From: Sandaracinaceae bacterium
Lineage (GTDB): Bacteria; Myxococcota_A; Polyangia; Polyangiales; JAFGIB01
Length of the DNA stretch: 64,000 bases
Direction of reading: 5' to 3'
NCBI GenBank assembly: GCA_017881055.1
Contig: JADGRF010000013.1
Location: forward strand, 75,201-139,200
Part shown: positions 1 through 11,830 of the stretch, in pieces
Numbering within the stretch: position 1 is the stretch's first letter
Layout: each line of letters opens with the position of its first letter
Made by a program: the position numbers and the translations under genes
The notes under the pieces: generated by a model
Told to the model about the DNA's origin: nothing
The model's database searches: none
What the model saw: the letters and a program-made list of their open reading frames with translations, nothing else

Positions 1-45
1 ACGCTGCGTCCGCCTCCGAAGCTGCGGCCGCTGCGGCTCGTGCTT

Positions 46-1638
46 TCACAGTTTCACAGGGAGCACGGAGCGCACGTTCGGCAGCGCACGCAGCTCTTTC
101 AGTGTTTCTTCGGGGATCGCCGCATCGACGTTCCAGAGCGCGAACGCCTGACCCTCGTGCAAACCGACCTGCATGCGCGACACGTTGATCTGCTTTTTGC
201 CGAGGATGGTGCCGACGGCGCCAATCACGCCCGGCCGATCTTCGTTGTTCATGACGAGCACGTTGCCTTCGAGCGTGGCGTCGAGCTCGTAGCCGTCGAG
301 TCCGACGAGCACCGCCCCGCCCGACGCGCCGAGCGTACCGGTCGCCGTGTGCAGGCCGCCTTCGCCCGATACCGTCACGCGCACGGTCGAGGTGTAGCGG
401 CGCGAGGGCGCTTCTGCGCGCACTTCGATCACCGAGATGCCGCGCTCTTTGGCTTCGTACGGCGCGCTGACCGCGTTCACCGGCTCTTCGAGGAAGCGCT
501 CGAGGTAGCCCGCGAGCGCGGCGTTCGCGACTGGACGCACGCCGTAGGTGCCTGCGTCACCCGTGCACGTGATGCGCAGCTCGCGCACGTCCACCGAGCC
601 GAGCTGACCGAGCAGCTTGCCGAGCTTGCGCGCGAGATCCAGGTACGGCGCGATCTTCTCCGCCGCATCGCCGGGCAGCGACGGAACGTTCACAGCGTTC
701 TTCACTTCGCCCGAGGTCAGGTACGCAACGACCTGCTCCGCGATCTCGAGGGCAACGCGCTCCTGCGCTTCAGCCGTCGACGCGCCGAGATGCGGCGTGC
801 AGATCACGTTCTCGAGCTTGAGCAGCGGGTGCTCCGGATCGCACGGCTCTTTGTCGAACACGTCGAGCGCGGCGCCGGCGATCTTGCCTTCCTTGAGCGC
901 CACTTCGAGATCCTGCTCGTTCACGATCCCGCCGCGCGCGGCGTTCACGAGCAGCGCACCCTTCTTCATCTTCGCGAAGTTCGCGGTGCAGAACAGGTTC
1001 TTGGTCTCGGGCGTGAGCGGCGCGTGGATCGTGATGAAGTCGGAGCGCGTGAGTAGCGCGTCAACTGACACGAGCTCGATACCGAGGCTCGCGGCCTTCT
1101 CCGCGTTCAAGACCGGATCGAACGCAATGACCTTCAACTTCAGGCCCTGTGCGCGATCGGCGACGATGCGACCGATGTTGCCCATGCCGATCACACCCAG
1201 CGTCTTGCCGGCGATCTCTTTGCCTTCGAACTTGGTCTTCTCCCACTTGCCGCCACGCATCGAGGCGGTGGCCTGTGGGATCTTGCGCGCGAGCGACATG
1301 AGCAGCGAGAGCGCGTGCTCGGCGGTGGTCACCGCGTTGCCGGTCGGCGTGTTCATCACGACGATGCCTTTGCGGCTCGCCACGGGCACATCCACGTTGT
1401 CGACACCGATGCCGGCGCGACCGATCACGCGCAGGTTCTCGGCCTTGGCGATCACCTTCGCGGTGACCTTGGAGCCGCTGCGGATCACCAGGCCGTCGTA
1501 CTCACCGATCGCCGCAGCGAGATCGTCCTCGGAAAGGCCGGGCTTGTAGTCGACGACGATGCCGGCTGCGGACTTGAGGATCTGCAGGCCAGCGTCGCTG
1601 AGTTTGTCGGAAACGAGGACTTTCTTGGGGGCGGACAT
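46..1638 (-). CDS. serA: D-3-phosphoglycerate dehydrogenase (long type, with ASB and ACT domains)
   Basis: 530 aa ORF; GRAGIGVDNVD, GxGxxG (GMGNIG), NAARGGIV, TPHLGAST motifs; C-terminal ACT (DRPGVIG). Confidence 0.97.
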   Translation of the reverse strand: MSAPKKVLVSDKLSDAGLQILKSAAGIVVDYKPGLSEDDLAAAIGEYDGLVIRSGSKVTAKVIAKAENLRVIGRAGIGVDNVDVPVASRKGIVVMNTPTGNAVTTAEHALSLLMSLARKIPQATASMRGGKWEKTKFEGKEIAGKTLGVIGMGNIGRIVADRAQGLKLKVIAFDPVLNAEKAASLGIELVSVDALLTRSDFITIHAPLTPETKNLFCTANFAKMKKGALLVNAARGGIVNEQDLEVALKEGKIAGAALDVFDKEPCDPEHPLLKLENVICTPHLGASTAEAQERVALEIAEQVVAYLTSGEVKNAVNVPSLPGDAAEKIAPYLDLARKLGKLLGQLGSVDVRELRITCTGDAGTYGVRPVANAALAGYLERFLEEPVNAVSAPYEAKERGISVIEVRAEAPSRRYTSTVRVTVSGEGGLHTATGTLGASGGAVLVGLDGYELDATLEGNVLVMNNEDRPGVIGAVGTILGKKQINVSRMQVGLHEGQAFALWNVDAAIPEETLKELRALPNVRSVLPVKL

Positions 1639-1782
1639 CGGGCTTCACCGTGGTTTTGAGACGTTTGCGCCGAACGCGGAGCCGCTCGGCGGGCCACTGC
1701 TCGGGCTAACTACGCGCGAAACGGTCGCGCAAAAAGTTCGGGAGGGCTAGCACCGTGGCGGGCGCATCGTCAAGGAGAACGT

Positions 1783-1818
1783 TGGCGGCAATAACGGAAT
1801 AATCCAGCGTTGCCGCCA
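1783..1818. promoter_or_regulatory. Perfect 9-bp inverted repeat in the serA/actA divergent intergenic region (possible operator)
   Basis: TGGCGGCAA (1783-1791) and TTGCCGCCA (1810-1818), 18-nt AT-richer spacer. Confidence 0.35.
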
Positions 1819-1964
1819 TTCTGAAGCGGAAGCGCTCAACCTTCTCGTCCGTGCTTGACCTCACCCGTGGTTTCGCTTTTAAAGCGCCTCGTTACTGCCT
1901 CCGTTCGCAGCTCGTGCCGCTCGACTTTCGTTTGACAGCAGAGCTTGGCTGACCCTACGCGCCT

Positions 1965-2062
1965 CGAAACGGCCTCCAGCTTTTTCGCGGGCGGTTCTCG
2001 CGAAACAGCTTCCGGCTTTTCGCGGGAGCGTCTCGCGAAACGGCCTTTGTCTTTCGCAGGAG
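1965..2062 (+). repeat. Three degenerate tandem hairpin units (35-36 nt period), probably related to the AGCC-N3-GGCT palindromic family
   Basis: CGAAAC at 1965, 2001 and 2036; middle unit CGCGAAA-C-AGCT-TCC-GGCT-TTTCGCG. Confidence 0.55.
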
Positions 2063-2228
2063 CTCATGACGAGCTCGAGAATCGTCGGATCGGCGTGAAT
2101 TGGCGCGGCGATCACTACCGTTCGCGCTTGAGCACCTGCAGTCACATCCCGTATAAGTGCGCGCGATTCGGCGCGCGCCCTCTCTCATCTTCTTCTGATC
2201 TACCAATTCGCCGAGAACGAGCACGCTA

Positions 2229-2861
2229 ATGCAGATATTTCCGCGTTCTCTCAACTACCTGCCGCTGGCAGCTGCTGCCGGCATCGCGGTCCTAGGCGGC
2301 GCTGTGACCTTCGGTATCTGGTACTATCTCTCGCCTCGGAATCTCCAGGTGGGGTACGCGCCGGAGCAGCCGGTTCACTACAGCCACAAGTTGCATGCCG
2401 GAGATCTCGGCATCGATTGTCGCTACTGCCACGCGAATATCGAGCGCTCGCAAGAAGCGATGATTCCGCCGACGCAGGCGTGTATGGGCTGCCACGCGAT
2501 CGTGAAGAGCGACTCGCCGAAGCTCGCCGCGCTGCGCGCCAGCTGGTCGAGTGGCAAGCCGATGGAGTGGGTGCGCGTGCACCGCTTGCCCGACTACGTC
2601 TACTTCGATCACAGCGTGCATCTCGCCGCGGGTGTCGGTTGCGTCTCGTGCCACGGCCGGATCGACACGATGGAAGTCGTTCGTCAGGACCAGCCGCTCA
2701 ACATGGCGTGGTGCTTGGAATGCCACCGCAATCCTGGGCCGAACCTGCGCCCCAAGGATCAGATCACCAACATGACCTGGAAGGCCTCGCCTGAAGAGGC
2801 CGAGAAGTTCGCGCAAGCGGATCTGCGTGGACCGCAACATTGTTCGGGGTGCCACCGATGA
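2229..2861 (+). CDS. actA: Alternative complex III pentaheme cytochrome c subunit ActA
   Basis: N-terminal TM helix; five CxxCH motifs (CRYCH, CMGCH, CVSCH, CLECH, CSGCH); QPVHYSHKLH motif; operon context. Confidence 0.93.
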   Translation: MQIFPRSLNYLPLAAAAGIAVLGGAVTFGIWYYLSPRNLQVGYAPEQPVHYSHKLHAGDLGIDCRYCHANIERSQEAMIPPTQACMGCHAIVKSDSPKLAALRASWSSGKPMEWVRVHRLPDYVYFDHSVHLAAGVGCVSCHGRIDTMEVVRQDQPLNMAWCLECHRNPGPNLRPKDQITNMTWKASPEEAEKFAQADLRGPQHCSGCHR

Positions 2862-5800
2862 GTACTTCAGGCGAAGAGAAGTTTGACAAGGGTGGAGAGC
2901 AGCCTTCGGCTCTCTCCACGAGCAAGCGCGTGTTCTGGCGCAGCTTGGAGCAGAAGCAGGATCCGTCGTACGGCGCCGAAGACAACTCCGGCTCCGATGT
3001 CGTGAAGCAGACGATCGCGGGCGATGAGCTTTTCAAGCTTCGTCGTCGCAACTTCCTCACGTTGAGCGGCGCGATGACGGCGCTCGCCGGCGTCGAGGGC
3101 TGCATCCGTCGGCCGGTCGAAAATATCATGCCGTACACCGACATGCCGGAGTACGTGAACCCCGGCGTGCCGCTGCACTACGCCACGGTCATGAACCGCA
3201 ATGGCGCTGCGCTCGGCCTGGTCGTGACGGCGCACGAAGGTCGCCCGACCAAGATCGAAGGCAACCCGGACCATCCGGCGAGCTTGGGCAGCACCGATCT
3301 GATCGCGCAGGCGTCGATCTTGGACCTGTACGATCCGGAGCGCGTGCAGAAGCCGCTCGCGAGCAAGGTGAGCTCGACGTTCGCGGACTTCGACGCGTTC
3401 TTGACCGGCAAGCTCGGGGAGCTGTCGAAGAAGCAGGGCGCGGGCCTGCGCGTGCTCGCGCAGCCGAGCAATTCGCCGAGCTTTCTGCGTATGCGCAAGG
3501 CGCTGTTGGCGAAGCTGCCGCAGGCACGTGTGCACACGTACGCGCCCGTGAACCAGAGCAACGCGCGCCTCGGCGCGAAGATCGCGTTCGGTCGCAGCGT
3601 TGCAACTGTCAACGACTTCACGGCTGCGCGCGTGGTGCTCTCGCTCGACTCGGACTTCCTGATGACGGAAGCCGGCAGCGTGCTCGCGTCGCGTCAGTTT
3701 GCGCAGGCGCGCAACCTGGACTCCGCCGCGGGCGACATGAATCGTCTGTACGTGGTGGAGCCGGCGCTCTCGGTGACGGGCAGCAACGCCGATCACCGTC
3801 TGCGCGTCGCGGCGCAGGACGTCGTGCGTTACACGCGCGCGCTGGCTGCAGAGCTCGCGACACAGGGCATCGAGCTTGGCAATGCCGTCGGTGCCGTGCG
3901 CGGTGCGTCGAGCGAGGGCATTCCGGACACGTGGATCAAGGCCGTCGCGAAGGATCTCGTATCGAGCCGCGGCGCGGTGTTGATCGTCGCGGGCTCACGC
4001 CAGCCGCCCGAGCTGCACGCCCTGGTGAGCTTGCTCAATCGCGCGCTAGGCGCGTCGGGCCGCACGGTCACGTACGTCGAGCCGCTCGATGCAGATGACG
4101 GCGACAACTTCGCCGACGTGCGCGCGCTCAGTGACGACATGGCGGCCGGTAAGGTCGACACGCTCGTGATCCTCGGTGGCAACCCGGTGCTCGACGCGCC
4201 GGCCGATCTGAAGTTCGGTGCCGCGCTCAGCAAGGTGCCGACGAGCATTGCGTGTTCCACGTACCCGGACGAGACGGCGGACGCATGTTCGTGGGTCGTG
4301 CCGCTCGCGCACGAGCTCGAGACCTGGGGCGATCAGCAGACGGCGTTCGGACACTACGCGGTTCAGCAGCCGCTGCTCGCACCGCTCTGGGGCGGACGCA
4401 GCGAGCTCGAGCTGCTCGGTCAGCTCGCGAGCGAGCCGGCCTGGCGCGGTCACGAGGTCGTGAGTGCGACCGCCGAAGAGCACGGCATCAAAGGCGAGAT
4501 CGCGTGGCGTACGTTGCTCCACCGCGGTGTGGCCGACACGACGTTCGCGACGGTGCTCGGCGCGCTCTCGGTCGATGACCGTGCGGTAGCGCAAGCCCTG
4601 CAGAAGGCGGGCGATGCGCCTGCGCTCGGCAAGGGCAACCTCGAGGTCGTGTTCGCGCCTGACAACAAGCTGTTCGACGGCCGGCACGCCAACAACAACT
4701 GGCTGCTCGAGCTGCCGGATCCGATCACGCGCATCACGTGGGACAACGTGGCGATGATCGCGCCGACGACCGCGCGCGAGCTCGGCCTCAAGGCGGGCGA
4801 CATGATTCGCCTGACGCGTGGCGATGCGTCGATCGACATCGCGGCCTGGCCGCAGCCCGGCATCGCCAACAACACCGTGTCGCTCTCGCTCGGCTGGGGT
4901 CGTAAGCGTGCCGGCAAGAACGGCAACGGCTGCGGCTTCGACGTGTACCCGCTGCGCTCCAGCACGGCGCCGGGCTTCACGGCCGGTGTGTCGCTGAGCA
5001 AGCTCGACAAGAAGTACAAGATCTCGCAGACGCAGGATCACGATCAGATGCGCGACACGCGCGTCGAGAAAGAAAACCGCCCCCTCGCGCTCGACGCGAC
5101 GCTCGCGCAGTACAAAGCGAGGCCGAACTTCGCCGAGTACAAGTCGCCGGATCCCGAAGGCGGTCCGCTCTGGATCGGTCAGGACTATACCAAGGGCCAG
5201 CAGTGGGGCATGGTGGTCGACCTCAACACGTGCACCGGCTGCAACACGTGCGTGATCGCGTGTCAGTCGGAGAACAACGTGCCGGTCGTCGGCAAGGAGC
5301 AAGTCGCTCGCGGCCGCGAGATGCACTGGTTCCGCATCGACCGCTACTACGTCGGCGAGAACGAAGACGAGCCGGAGGTGGCGTTCCAGCCGCTTGGCTG
5401 CCAGCACTGCGAGAACGCGCCGTGCGAGAACGTGTGCCCGGTCGCGGCGACGTCGCACAGCCCCGAGGGCTTGAACGACATCGCGTACAACCGCTGCATC
5501 GGCACGCGCTACTGCATGAACAACTGTCCGTACAAAGTGCGCCGCTTCAACTTCTTGAACTTCAATCTCGACATCCCCGAGACGAAGCAGATGCAGTTCA
5601 ACCCGAACGTCACCGTCCGGTTTCGCGGCGTGATCGAAAAGTGCAGCTACTGCGTGCAGCGCATCCAGGGTGCGAAGATCGTGGCGAAGCAGCAGGGCCG
5701 TCGCGAGATCAAAGAAGGCGACCTGAAGTCCGCGTGCCAGCAGGCCTGTCCCGCCCACGCGATCGCGTTCGGCGATTTGAACGACGCCAGCAGCGAAGTC

Positions 5801-5910
5801 GCTCGTTGGTACAAGCGCGATCGTAACTACGCGTTGCTAGCGGACATCGGTACGCGCCCGCGCACGCGGTTCCTGGGCAAAGTTCGCAATCCGAACCCGG
5901 AGATGAAGTC

Positions 5911-5914
<4 letters not shown>
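2858..5914 (+). CDS. actB: Alternative complex III subunit ActB (molybdopterin-oxidoreductase-like domain fused to a Fe-S domain)
   Basis: ATG 2858 overlaps the actA stop (ATGA); WRSLE motif, Tat signal [17 protein letters not shown]-terminal CTGCNTC / CQHCENAPC / CIGTRYC Fe-S motifs. Confidence 0.95.
2892..2919 (+). repeat. Palindromic element (family 1) in frame within the actB 5' end
   Basis: GTGGAGAG-C-AGCC-TTC-GGCT-CTCTCCAC, perfect outer stem; encodes GEQPSALST. Confidence 0.8.
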
Positions 5915-7344
<1,430 letters not shown>

Positions 7345-7354
7345 GGAGGGCGAC

Positions 7355-7912
7355 ATGACCGACGACAACAAACAAAAGCGTCCCGTCGTGCTGCTGGCAG
7401 AGTTCGACTCGCCGGATTCGATCATCCACGCCGCCGAGAAGGTCCGCGACGCGGGCTTCGAGAAGTGGGACGTTCATACCCCGTATCCCGTGCACGGGAT
7501 GGATGCGGCGATGGGCCTGACCGACTCGCGTCTCGGCTGGATCGTGCTCCTGTGCGGGCTCACCGGCGTGACCGCGGCCGTCACCATGATGCAGTGGATG
7601 AACGGCTACGACTACCCGCTCGTGATCGCCGGCAAGCCGCCGGATGCCATCCCGTCGATGGTGCCGATCATGTTCGAGCTGACGGTGCTCTTGGCGTCGT
7701 TCGGCGCGGTGTTCGGCATGTTCGGCTTGAACGAGCTGCCCAAGCACCACCACCCCGTTTTCGGCTCGGACCGCTTCGAAGCCTTCTCACACGACAAGTT
7801 CTTCGTTTCGATCGAGGTCGAGGACAAGAAGTACGACGCGGAGAAGACGCGCGCGCTCCTCACGGACGCCCACGCGACCTACGTCGAGCTCGTTGAGGAG
7901 GAAGTAGCGTGA
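7355..7912 (+). CDS. actD: Alternative complex III subunit ActD (DUF3341)
   Basis: TPYPVHG and IAGKP motifs, two TM helices, position in operon. Confidence 0.93.
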   Translation: MTDDNKQKRPVVLLAEFDSPDSIIHAAEKVRDAGFEKWDVHTPYPVHGMDAAMGLTDSRLGWIVLLCGLTGVTAAVTMMQWMNGYDYPLVIAGKPPDAIPSMVPIMFELTVLLASFGAVFGMFGLNELPKHHHPVFGSDRFEAFSHDKFFVSIEVEDKKYDAEKTRALLTDAHATYVELVEEEVA

Positions 7913-8505
7913 CAGCGCTCAATCTTAGTTCGCGCATCTTGGGCTTGGGCCTGGTCGTACTGGCGTCCAGCGCGTGTCGCGGTCAGACGTCGTCCGAGCC
8001 GCCGCTCGTGCCCGAGCGCAACATGTACATGCAGCAGCGCTACAACCCGCAGTCGCGCAGCACGTTCTTCGAGGACGGACGCACGATGCGCAAGCCCGTC
8101 GAGCACACGTTCGCGCGCGAGATGAACCCGAGCGCGGAGATCTCGGATGGCGAGCTTGCCGACGGAAGCGGCTACGTACTCGCGGTGCCTGACGCCGTGG
8201 TGCAAGACTTCGGCGGCATGGCCAACGTGGTCGACCGCGGTCAAGCGCGCTTCGGCATCTACTGCGCGCCGTGCCACGATTTGACAGGCAGTGGCAAAGG
8301 CAAAGTCGTCGAGCGTGGCATGGCACCGCCGCCGAGCTTCCACGACGACCGCATCCGTCACATGCCGGACGGTCAGATGTTCGCGACCATCAGCCACGGC
8401 GTGCGCAACATGCCTCCGTACAACTATTCCATTCCAGTCAACGATCGCTGGGCGATCGTGAGCTACGTGCGAGCACTCGAGCTCAGCCAAGCCGGGGAGC
8501 ACTGA
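7909..8505 (+). CDS. actE: Alternative complex III monoheme lipoprotein cytochrome c ActE
   Basis: Lipobox (SSAC), single CAPCH, MPPY axial Met region, DRWAIVSYVRAL. Confidence 0.92.
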   Translation: MTALNLSSRILGLGLVVLASSACRGQTSSEPPLVPERNMYMQQRYNPQSRSTFFEDGRTMRKPVEHTFAREMNPSAEISDGELADGSGYVLAVPDAVVQDFGGMANVVDRGQARFGIYCAPCHDLTGSGKGKVVERGMAPPPSFHDDRIRHMPDGQMFATISHGVRNMPPYNYSIPVNDRWAIVSYVRALELSQAGEH

Positions 8506-8506
8506 C

Positions 8507-9856
8507 GTGGGCGACCAGACCAAGAAGCAATTCATGATTCCGGACGGCAGCGTCTGGGCGAACGCGTGGAAGATGACCGCCATGTTGGGCGGCGTCGGTA
8601 TCCTCGTTGCGCTCTACGGTGCGTTCCAGCAGCCCGAGCGCTTCGCGTACTCGTACCTGTACGGCTTCATCACCGTGCTCACTCTCTGGCTCGGCTCGGT
8701 GTTCTTCGTGCTGATTCAGCACCTGACCGGCGCCGGCTGGAGCGTTTCGGTGCGGCGTGCGGCGGAGTTCTTCGTCAGCGCTGCGTGGATCCTGCCGGTG
8801 TTGTTCGCGCCCGTCGCGCTCAACACGAGCACGCTCTATCACACGTGGTGGAACCACCCGGCGACGGAGCAAGGCGTTGCCCACGCGCAGGAGCACGAAG
8901 CTGCTGCGGAAGCCGGCGGCGATCGCGCGGGTGCAGAAGCAGCTGCACCCGAGGGCCATCACGGCTACGAGGGCGGCTCGGGTCCTTCCGAAGCGCACGA
9001 GTTGCTCGAGGACGCCAACATCGCGGGCAAGTCGGCGTACTTGAACCACGGCTTCTTCTACTTGCGCATGCTGCTGTACTTTGCCGTCTGGTTCTGGCTC
9101 GGCAGCCGCCTGTTCGGCTACTCGGCCGCGCAGGATGCGACCGGCGACAAGAGCTACACCGTGAAGCTGCAGAGCATGGCGCCAGTCGCCACGTTCGCAT
9201 TCGCGCTGTCGCTGACGTTCGCGGGCTTCGACTGGGTGATGTCGCTGCAGCCGGGCTGGTACTCGACCATGTTCGGCGTGCGCATCTTCGCGGCCTCGGC
9301 GGTCACGTCGTTCGCCGTGATCATCCTCGTGACGCTCGGCTGGAAGCGTGCGGGCCTGATCGGCAACGAGATCAACACCGAGCACTATCACGACCTGGGC
9401 AAGCTGATGTTCGGCTTCCTGATCTTCTGGGCGTACATCTCGTTCAGCGAGTTCTTCCTGATCTGGTACGCCGCGATCCCGGAAGAGACCGTGTACTACC
9501 ACCTGCGCTGGGACCACGACTCGTGGAAGATGATCAGCTGCTCGCTCGTAGCGCTGAAGTTCATCGTGCCGTTCTACTTGGTGATGTCGCGCAACGCGAA
9601 GCGCAACAACGGCTTGATCGGTCTCGGTGCCGGCTGGATCCTGGCCATGCACTTGGTCGAGATGTACTACTGGGTCATGCCGTACTACCGCCCGCACGAG
9701 GCGGTGCAGTGGAGCGGCGTGTGGATGGAAGTTGGCTGCGTCATGGCCACGCTCGGCGTGTTCCTGACCGTCGTGTTCCGCCGCATGCTGAAGCACCCCC
9801 TGATTGCGGTGGGTGATCCCCGCCTGTCGCGCGCGCTGAACTTCCAGAACATGTGA
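8507..9856 (+). CDS. actF: Alternative complex III membrane subunit ActF
   Basis: About 10 TM helices; DWVMSLQPGWYSTMFG, HDLGKLMFGF, IWYAAIPEET motifs. Confidence 0.93.
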   Translation: MGDQTKKQFMIPDGSVWANAWKMTAMLGGVGILVALYGAFQQPERFAYSYLYGFITVLTLWLGSVFFVLIQHLTGAGWSVSVRRAAEFFVSAAWILPVLFAPVALNTSTLYHTWWNHPATEQGVAHAQEHEAAAEAGGDRAGAEAAAPEGHHGYEGGSGPSEAHELLEDANIAGKSAYLNHGFFYLRMLLYFAVWFWLGSRLFGYSAAQDATGDKSYTVKLQSMAPVATFAFALSLTFAGFDWVMSLQPGWYSTMFGVRIFAASAVTSFAVIILVTLGWKRAGLIGNEINTEHYHDLGKLMFGFLIFWAYISFSEFFLIWYAAIPEETVYYHLRWDHDSWKMISCSLVALKFIVPFYLVMSRNAKRNNGLIGLGAGWILAMHLVEMYYWVMPYYRPHEAVQWSGVWMEVGCVMATLGVFLTVVFRRMLKHPLIAVGDPRLSRALNFQNM

Positions 9857-9901
9857 TACGCGGTCTGTCTTCGGGTGCGCGAACCCGTCTGCCTGACACG
9901 A

Positions 9902-9944
9902 GAGGCCCTCGAAATACGCAGAGTATTTCGGGGGCTTTCTCTTT
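9902..9944. terminator. Long hairpin after actF, likely (bidirectional) intrinsic terminator
   Basis: GAGGCCCTCGAAATAC-GCAGA-GTATTTCGGGGGCTTT followed by CTCTTT; lies between convergent genes. Confidence 0.6.
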
Positions 9945-9973
9945 GGGGCAGCCCCGAGGCTCGTTCGTGAGGC

Positions 9974-10990
9974 TCAGCCGCTGACGGCTGCAGCGGCGCG
10001 ACGGCGCATCAGCTTGTAGATGCCGAACGCGACCAGGCCGATCAGCACTGCGAACCAGAGCGTCGCGATGCGAACCAGAATCGTGGCGGCCGTGGCGACA
10101 GTGCGTGAAATCGCGCTGCCACCGAGTGCCTGCAGAAGGCCTGTCATGCTGCCCTCGGTGACACCGAGGCCGCCGGGCATCATTGCGACTGCACCGGCGA
10201 TGGTCGAGGCGGAGTATGCGAACACGGCGCTGTCCCACGCCAAGTGCGTACCGGGAAAGCCGCGCACGATCGAGTACAGCGCCGCGCACTCGAGGCCCCA
10301 AGCCATCAGCGCGATTAGCGTGCCGATGAAGAGCGGGGCGGGACGCAGCATCGTGAGCAGCGAGTCGTAGGCTTCCCGCAGGCGGTGGCTGATCTTCGAG
10401 ATCAGCGGCAGCTTCTCGGCGATGCGCAGGAGCAGCTCGCCGAGCGGCCGGTACGCGCAGACCGTGAACAGCCCAGCCACCAGCAGCGCGCCGGTGGCAG
10501 CTATCGCCGGGCCGTGCTCGAACGTGAGCGAGCCGAGCGCGGTGAGCATGACCAGCGCGATCAGATCCGTGAGGCGCTCGGCGACCACGATCGGCGCGGT
10601 TCGTGCGATGGACACGCCGCGCGACTCGTACAGCAGCACGGACTTGAAGACCTCGCCGACCTTGCCGGGGGTCACGCTCATCACGAAGCCCGACAGGAAC
10701 ACCACCGCGCTCTCACCGACCGGCACGCTCACGTCGATGCAGCTCAAGTAGTAGTGCCAGCGCACGATGCGCAGGGCGTAGTTGCCGGCGGCCAGCGCGA
10801 AGCCGAGCGCTACGGCACGGGGCGCGAAGCTCTGTGCGGCCCGCAGCAGCGCATGCACGTCGCTGTAGATCATCAGCGCGGCGACCACGAGACCGCCGAA
10901 CACGGCGCCAATGATCAGCTTACGCGCGAGACCGCGGGTGAGGGCGGAGGCCGATGGGGCCGCGATTTCTTCTGGGGCTAGGGGAGTCAA
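9974..10990 (-). CDS. UPF0104 / lysylphosphatidylglycerol synthase TM-domain (flippase-like) membrane protein
   Basis: Hydrophobic ORF with RIVRW, TPGKVGEVFK, ERLTDL, PGGLGVTEG motifs; TTG start at 10990 is inferred (the ORF-track start overlaps pgsA). Confidence 0.85.
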   Translation of the reverse strand: MTPLAPEEIAAPSASALTRGLARKLIIGAVFGGLVVAALMIYSDVHALLRAAQSFAPRAVALGFALAAGNYALRIVRWHYYLSCIDVSVPVGESAVVFLSGFVMSVTPGKVGEVFKSVLLYESRGVSIARTAPIVVAERLTDLIALVMLTALGSLTFEHGPAIAATGALLVAGLFTVCAYRPLGELLLRIAEKLPLISKISHRLREAYDSLLTMLRPAPLFIGTLIALMAWGLECAALYSIVRGFPGTHLAWDSAVFAYSASTIAGAVAMMPGGLGVTEGSMTGLLQALGGSAISRTVATAATILVRIATLWFAVLIGLVAFGIYKLMRRRAAAAVSG

Positions 10991-11159
10991 AGCGAGCGCG
11001 CGAGAAGGTGCCACGGAAGGGTAATCCTCGCCAATCGCCAAGCGCGCGCAATAGTAGGCGTCGCGCGCGTGTGGGTTGCCCCGAACGGACTTGTCGACCA
11101 ATAATGCGACGGTCGAGCTACGCGACGCCACGCGCGCGGGCGCGTGCGCCACCAAGAGC

Positions 11160-11825
11160 ATGGCCCAGGATCCCATCAAAGCCGCGCGGCGCCGTACGCT
11201 GCGCGAGGACGCGCTGAATCTGCCGAACCTGCTCACGATGGGGCGGGTGATCATGATTCCCGTCGTCCTGTGGCTGATGGCCCAGGAGACGCGCGTCGGA
11301 AACTTCTGGGCCACGATGACGTACTCGGCCGCGGCCGTGACCGATTTCATCGACGGGTACCTGGCGCGCCGCATGGGCCTCACCAGCTTGCTCGGCAAGT
11401 TCCTCGACCCGCTGGCCGACAAGCTGATCGTGCTCGCGACTCTCGTCATGATGGTCGAGCTCGGTCACGTCTCGGCGGTACCCGTGATCATCATTGCCGG
11501 GCGCGAGCTGTCGATCACGGCGCTGCGCACGATTGCGATCAGCGAGGGCGTGGTGATCGCCGCAAGTCGCGGTGGCAAGGACAAGACCGCGGTGCAAATG
11601 AGCGCGCTGGTCGCGCTGATCCTGCACGACACGTACATGCTCGACTTCGGTTTCTATCGCGCGGTCGTGAACCTGAATGCGGTCGGCATCGGTCTTTTGT
11701 ACTTGAGCGTGTTCTTCGCGCTAACCAGCGCGGGCGAGTACGTCGGGTTGTTCGTCGATGCGGTCGAAGCCAAGGAAAAGCGCGAACGCGAGCGCGACGA
11801 TGCGCAGAAGCCTGCGGGAGAATAG
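11160..11825 (+). CDS. pgsA: CDP-diacylglycerol--glycerol-3-phosphate 3-phosphatidyltransferase
   Basis: NLPNLLTMGR, DFIDGYLARR-x6-LGKFLDPLADK CDP-alcohol phosphotransferase signature, GKDKT. Confidence 0.92.
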   Translation: MAQDPIKAARRRTLREDALNLPNLLTMGRVIMIPVVLWLMAQETRVGNFWATMTYSAAAVTDFIDGYLARRMGLTSLLGKFLDPLADKLIVLATLVMMVELGHVSAVPVIIIAGRELSITALRTIAISEGVVIAASRGGKDKTAVQMSALVALILHDTYMLDFGFYRAVVNLNAVGIGLLYLSVFFALTSAGEYVGLFVDAVEAKEKRERERDDAQKPAGE

Positions 11826-11830
11826 GTCCC

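Noticed and set aside
1640-2228. Riboswitch (glycine or similar) upstream of serA
   Set aside because: No consensus motif recognised on either strand.
4066-4075. GGTCACGTAC match to the family-2 tip inside actB
   Set aside because: No GTACG second arm and no flanking stem; it encodes ordinary TVTYVE sequence.
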